From the NCBI GenBank assembly GCA_043228905.1, contig JBHGNT010000008.1:11780001-11844000 (forward strand): 64,000 bases of DNA. Reading direction: 5' to 3'. Position 1 is the stretch's first letter. Each line of letters starts with the position of its first letter. The notes under the pieces were generated by a model, which did no database searches, was not told the DNA's origin, and was given only the letters and a program-made list of their open reading frames with translations. Positions 62,389-64,000 of the stretch are shown here, one piece after another. This DNA is from Azolla caroliniana (Eukaryota; Plantae; Polypodiophyta). The position numbers and the translations under genes are program-made.

Positions 62389-64000
62389 CCATTACCATCG
62401 TTCGCTGCGAGAAAGCAGGAATCGTGGTCGCCAAAACTGTGTTATTCTCTGACCGGACAAGGCCTAACACAAGGTGTCATGGAGACACTTCACCAAAGGG
62501 TGATTACGGCATAGGATTAAGATTCAACGATTACACCAACTTACGTAGGTTACACGATTAGAATGCTTTGGTTAATTACACGCGTAAGATATAACAGTAA
62601 TTACAGAACGGAAATCAATACAGAAGTATAAACACCGTATGCTCTATTAATTATCCGCTGTGATTAAAATGGGGTCCGGGCCTTTAAATAGGTTTCCGGC
62701 CCGTAGTACAAAACGGTGCCTCTCGCACCTATTCGGGATCCGTCCGGATCTGGAACGGCATACCGTTTCCAGTCCGTCCGTCCACACTATGCTTATTACA
62801 ACCATACTTAATTCCTTCACTCCGTATTTTGGACTCCTTGCCGGCCGGTAACATCGTGGAACTTGAAGCCTATTCCGGTGCCACGGGTGCATATTCCGAA
62901 AATCAACGACTTACTCAAGGAGAAGGTGGCGATGGGGATTCTAGAACCATCAAAGGCTGCGTACTGAAATCCATAGTTTACGGTTCCGAAGAAGAATGGG
63001 TCACTCCGATTTATCCAAGACTTGCAACCGATGAACAAGGTCACGATCCGGAACTCCGGAGTCAGTTCGATAGTGGATGAATTTGCGGAAGCATTTTCCG
63101 GTCGTGCGATATACTCCATCAGAGACCTATACTCGGGGTATGACCAATTCCAACTAGCCGTGGAGAGCCGAGACATCACTACCATGCGGACACCGATAGG
63201 ATTAGTCCGGATGTGTACGCTACCACAAGGCGCGACGAACTCGGTCGCACATATGATGAATGCAATGAACAAGGTGCTTCGAGATTGCATTCCGGAGATA
63301 ACGATGCCATTCCTAGATGACATTCCAATGAAAGGATGCGCGGTAGAAGAAAAAGATGAAACTATGGATGATCGGGGATGCCGAAAGTTCGTAGTCGACC
63401 ATATTCGTGATTGCGAGAAAGTGCTTTGAAAATTAGAAGATGTGTACCTAACACTTTCCGGTGAGAAATCGGCATTCGAGCAAGAAGAAATATTGGTAGT
63501 CGGACATCTATGTGGGCCCTACGGCCTAAGACCGTCACCAACCAAGATTGATGTAGTTCAAGCTATGAAAGAAATATGCAAGTCACAATCCGAAATCCGA
63601 AGTTTTCTCGGAGCATGTGCATTCTACCACATATGGATTCCACACTATGCACATATTGCGAACCCACTCTATCACTTGTTGCGGAAGGGTAAGAAGTTCG
63701 AATGGAAACCGGAGCATACCAAAGCCGTGAAGAAGCTCAAGAAATCACTACGGAGGGCAAAAGCACTAAAGAAGCCGAACTATGACCCACCGATCATAGT
63801 AACGGTTGACACAAGTCCAACCGGAATCGGATGGGTCATCAATCAAGCCGATCCGGATGGTTCGCGATATCCGATCCGATTCGGAGCAAAGGTTCTCAAC
63901 GAAAGGCAACGCGGATAGTCAAAAGAGAATTATGGGGAGTCGTGTTGGCAATCAAATCGTATTGAGATTATTTGATCAGAGCCGAAGTAGTGATCGAAAC

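Larger units (their letters stand above)
55047..62853 (-). mobile_element. Athila/Tat-like gypsy, non-autonomous (RT/RNase H deleted), with a 3' extra ORF
   Basis: 414-bp LTRs 55047-55460 and 62440-62853 appear identical. TSD TCGTG. PBS TGGCGACCAC (tRNA-Arg-like) 62424-62433. Confidence 0.92.
41169..64000 (+). mobile_element. Ty3/gypsy element G3 (G2-related), degenerate; pieces 41169-44170, 54793-55046, 62854-64000
   Basis: LTR 41169-41889, PBS-Trp 41894-41910, gag/PR ORFs 41841-43657. RT resumes exactly across both insertions. Confidence 0.9.

Overview
This window is gene-free, eukaryotic, plant-type heterochromatin made almost entirely of nested LTR retrotransposons, up to about six levels deep. 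The lineage mix suggests a non-seed land plant (inference). It includes Phygy/Selgy-like Ty3/gypsy elements with tRNA-Trp PBS, a Tcn1-like chromovirus, an Athila/Tat-like element, Tork/Tnt1-like copia and a second copia family. One copia is fully intact (1358-aa polyprotein, apparently identical LTRs, 31237-36797). Most other elements are degenerate. The most notable signal is a tRNA-like Pol III A-box/B-box module with tRNA spacing. It sits in U3, always antisense to the element, in five gypsy elements from two distant lineages. Other signals: a conserved slippery site plus H-type pseudoknot between protease and RT; Tf1-type self-priming and heat-shock-element arrays in the Tcn1-like element; a ~725-bp tandem array of integrase N-terminus/core with an in-frame junction; a Gag capsid swap between two otherwise close copia elements; and a young RT-less element that keeps an intact 979-codon coiled-coil extra ORF. 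Coordinates were read by eye and lineage names come from motif recognition, not database searches.
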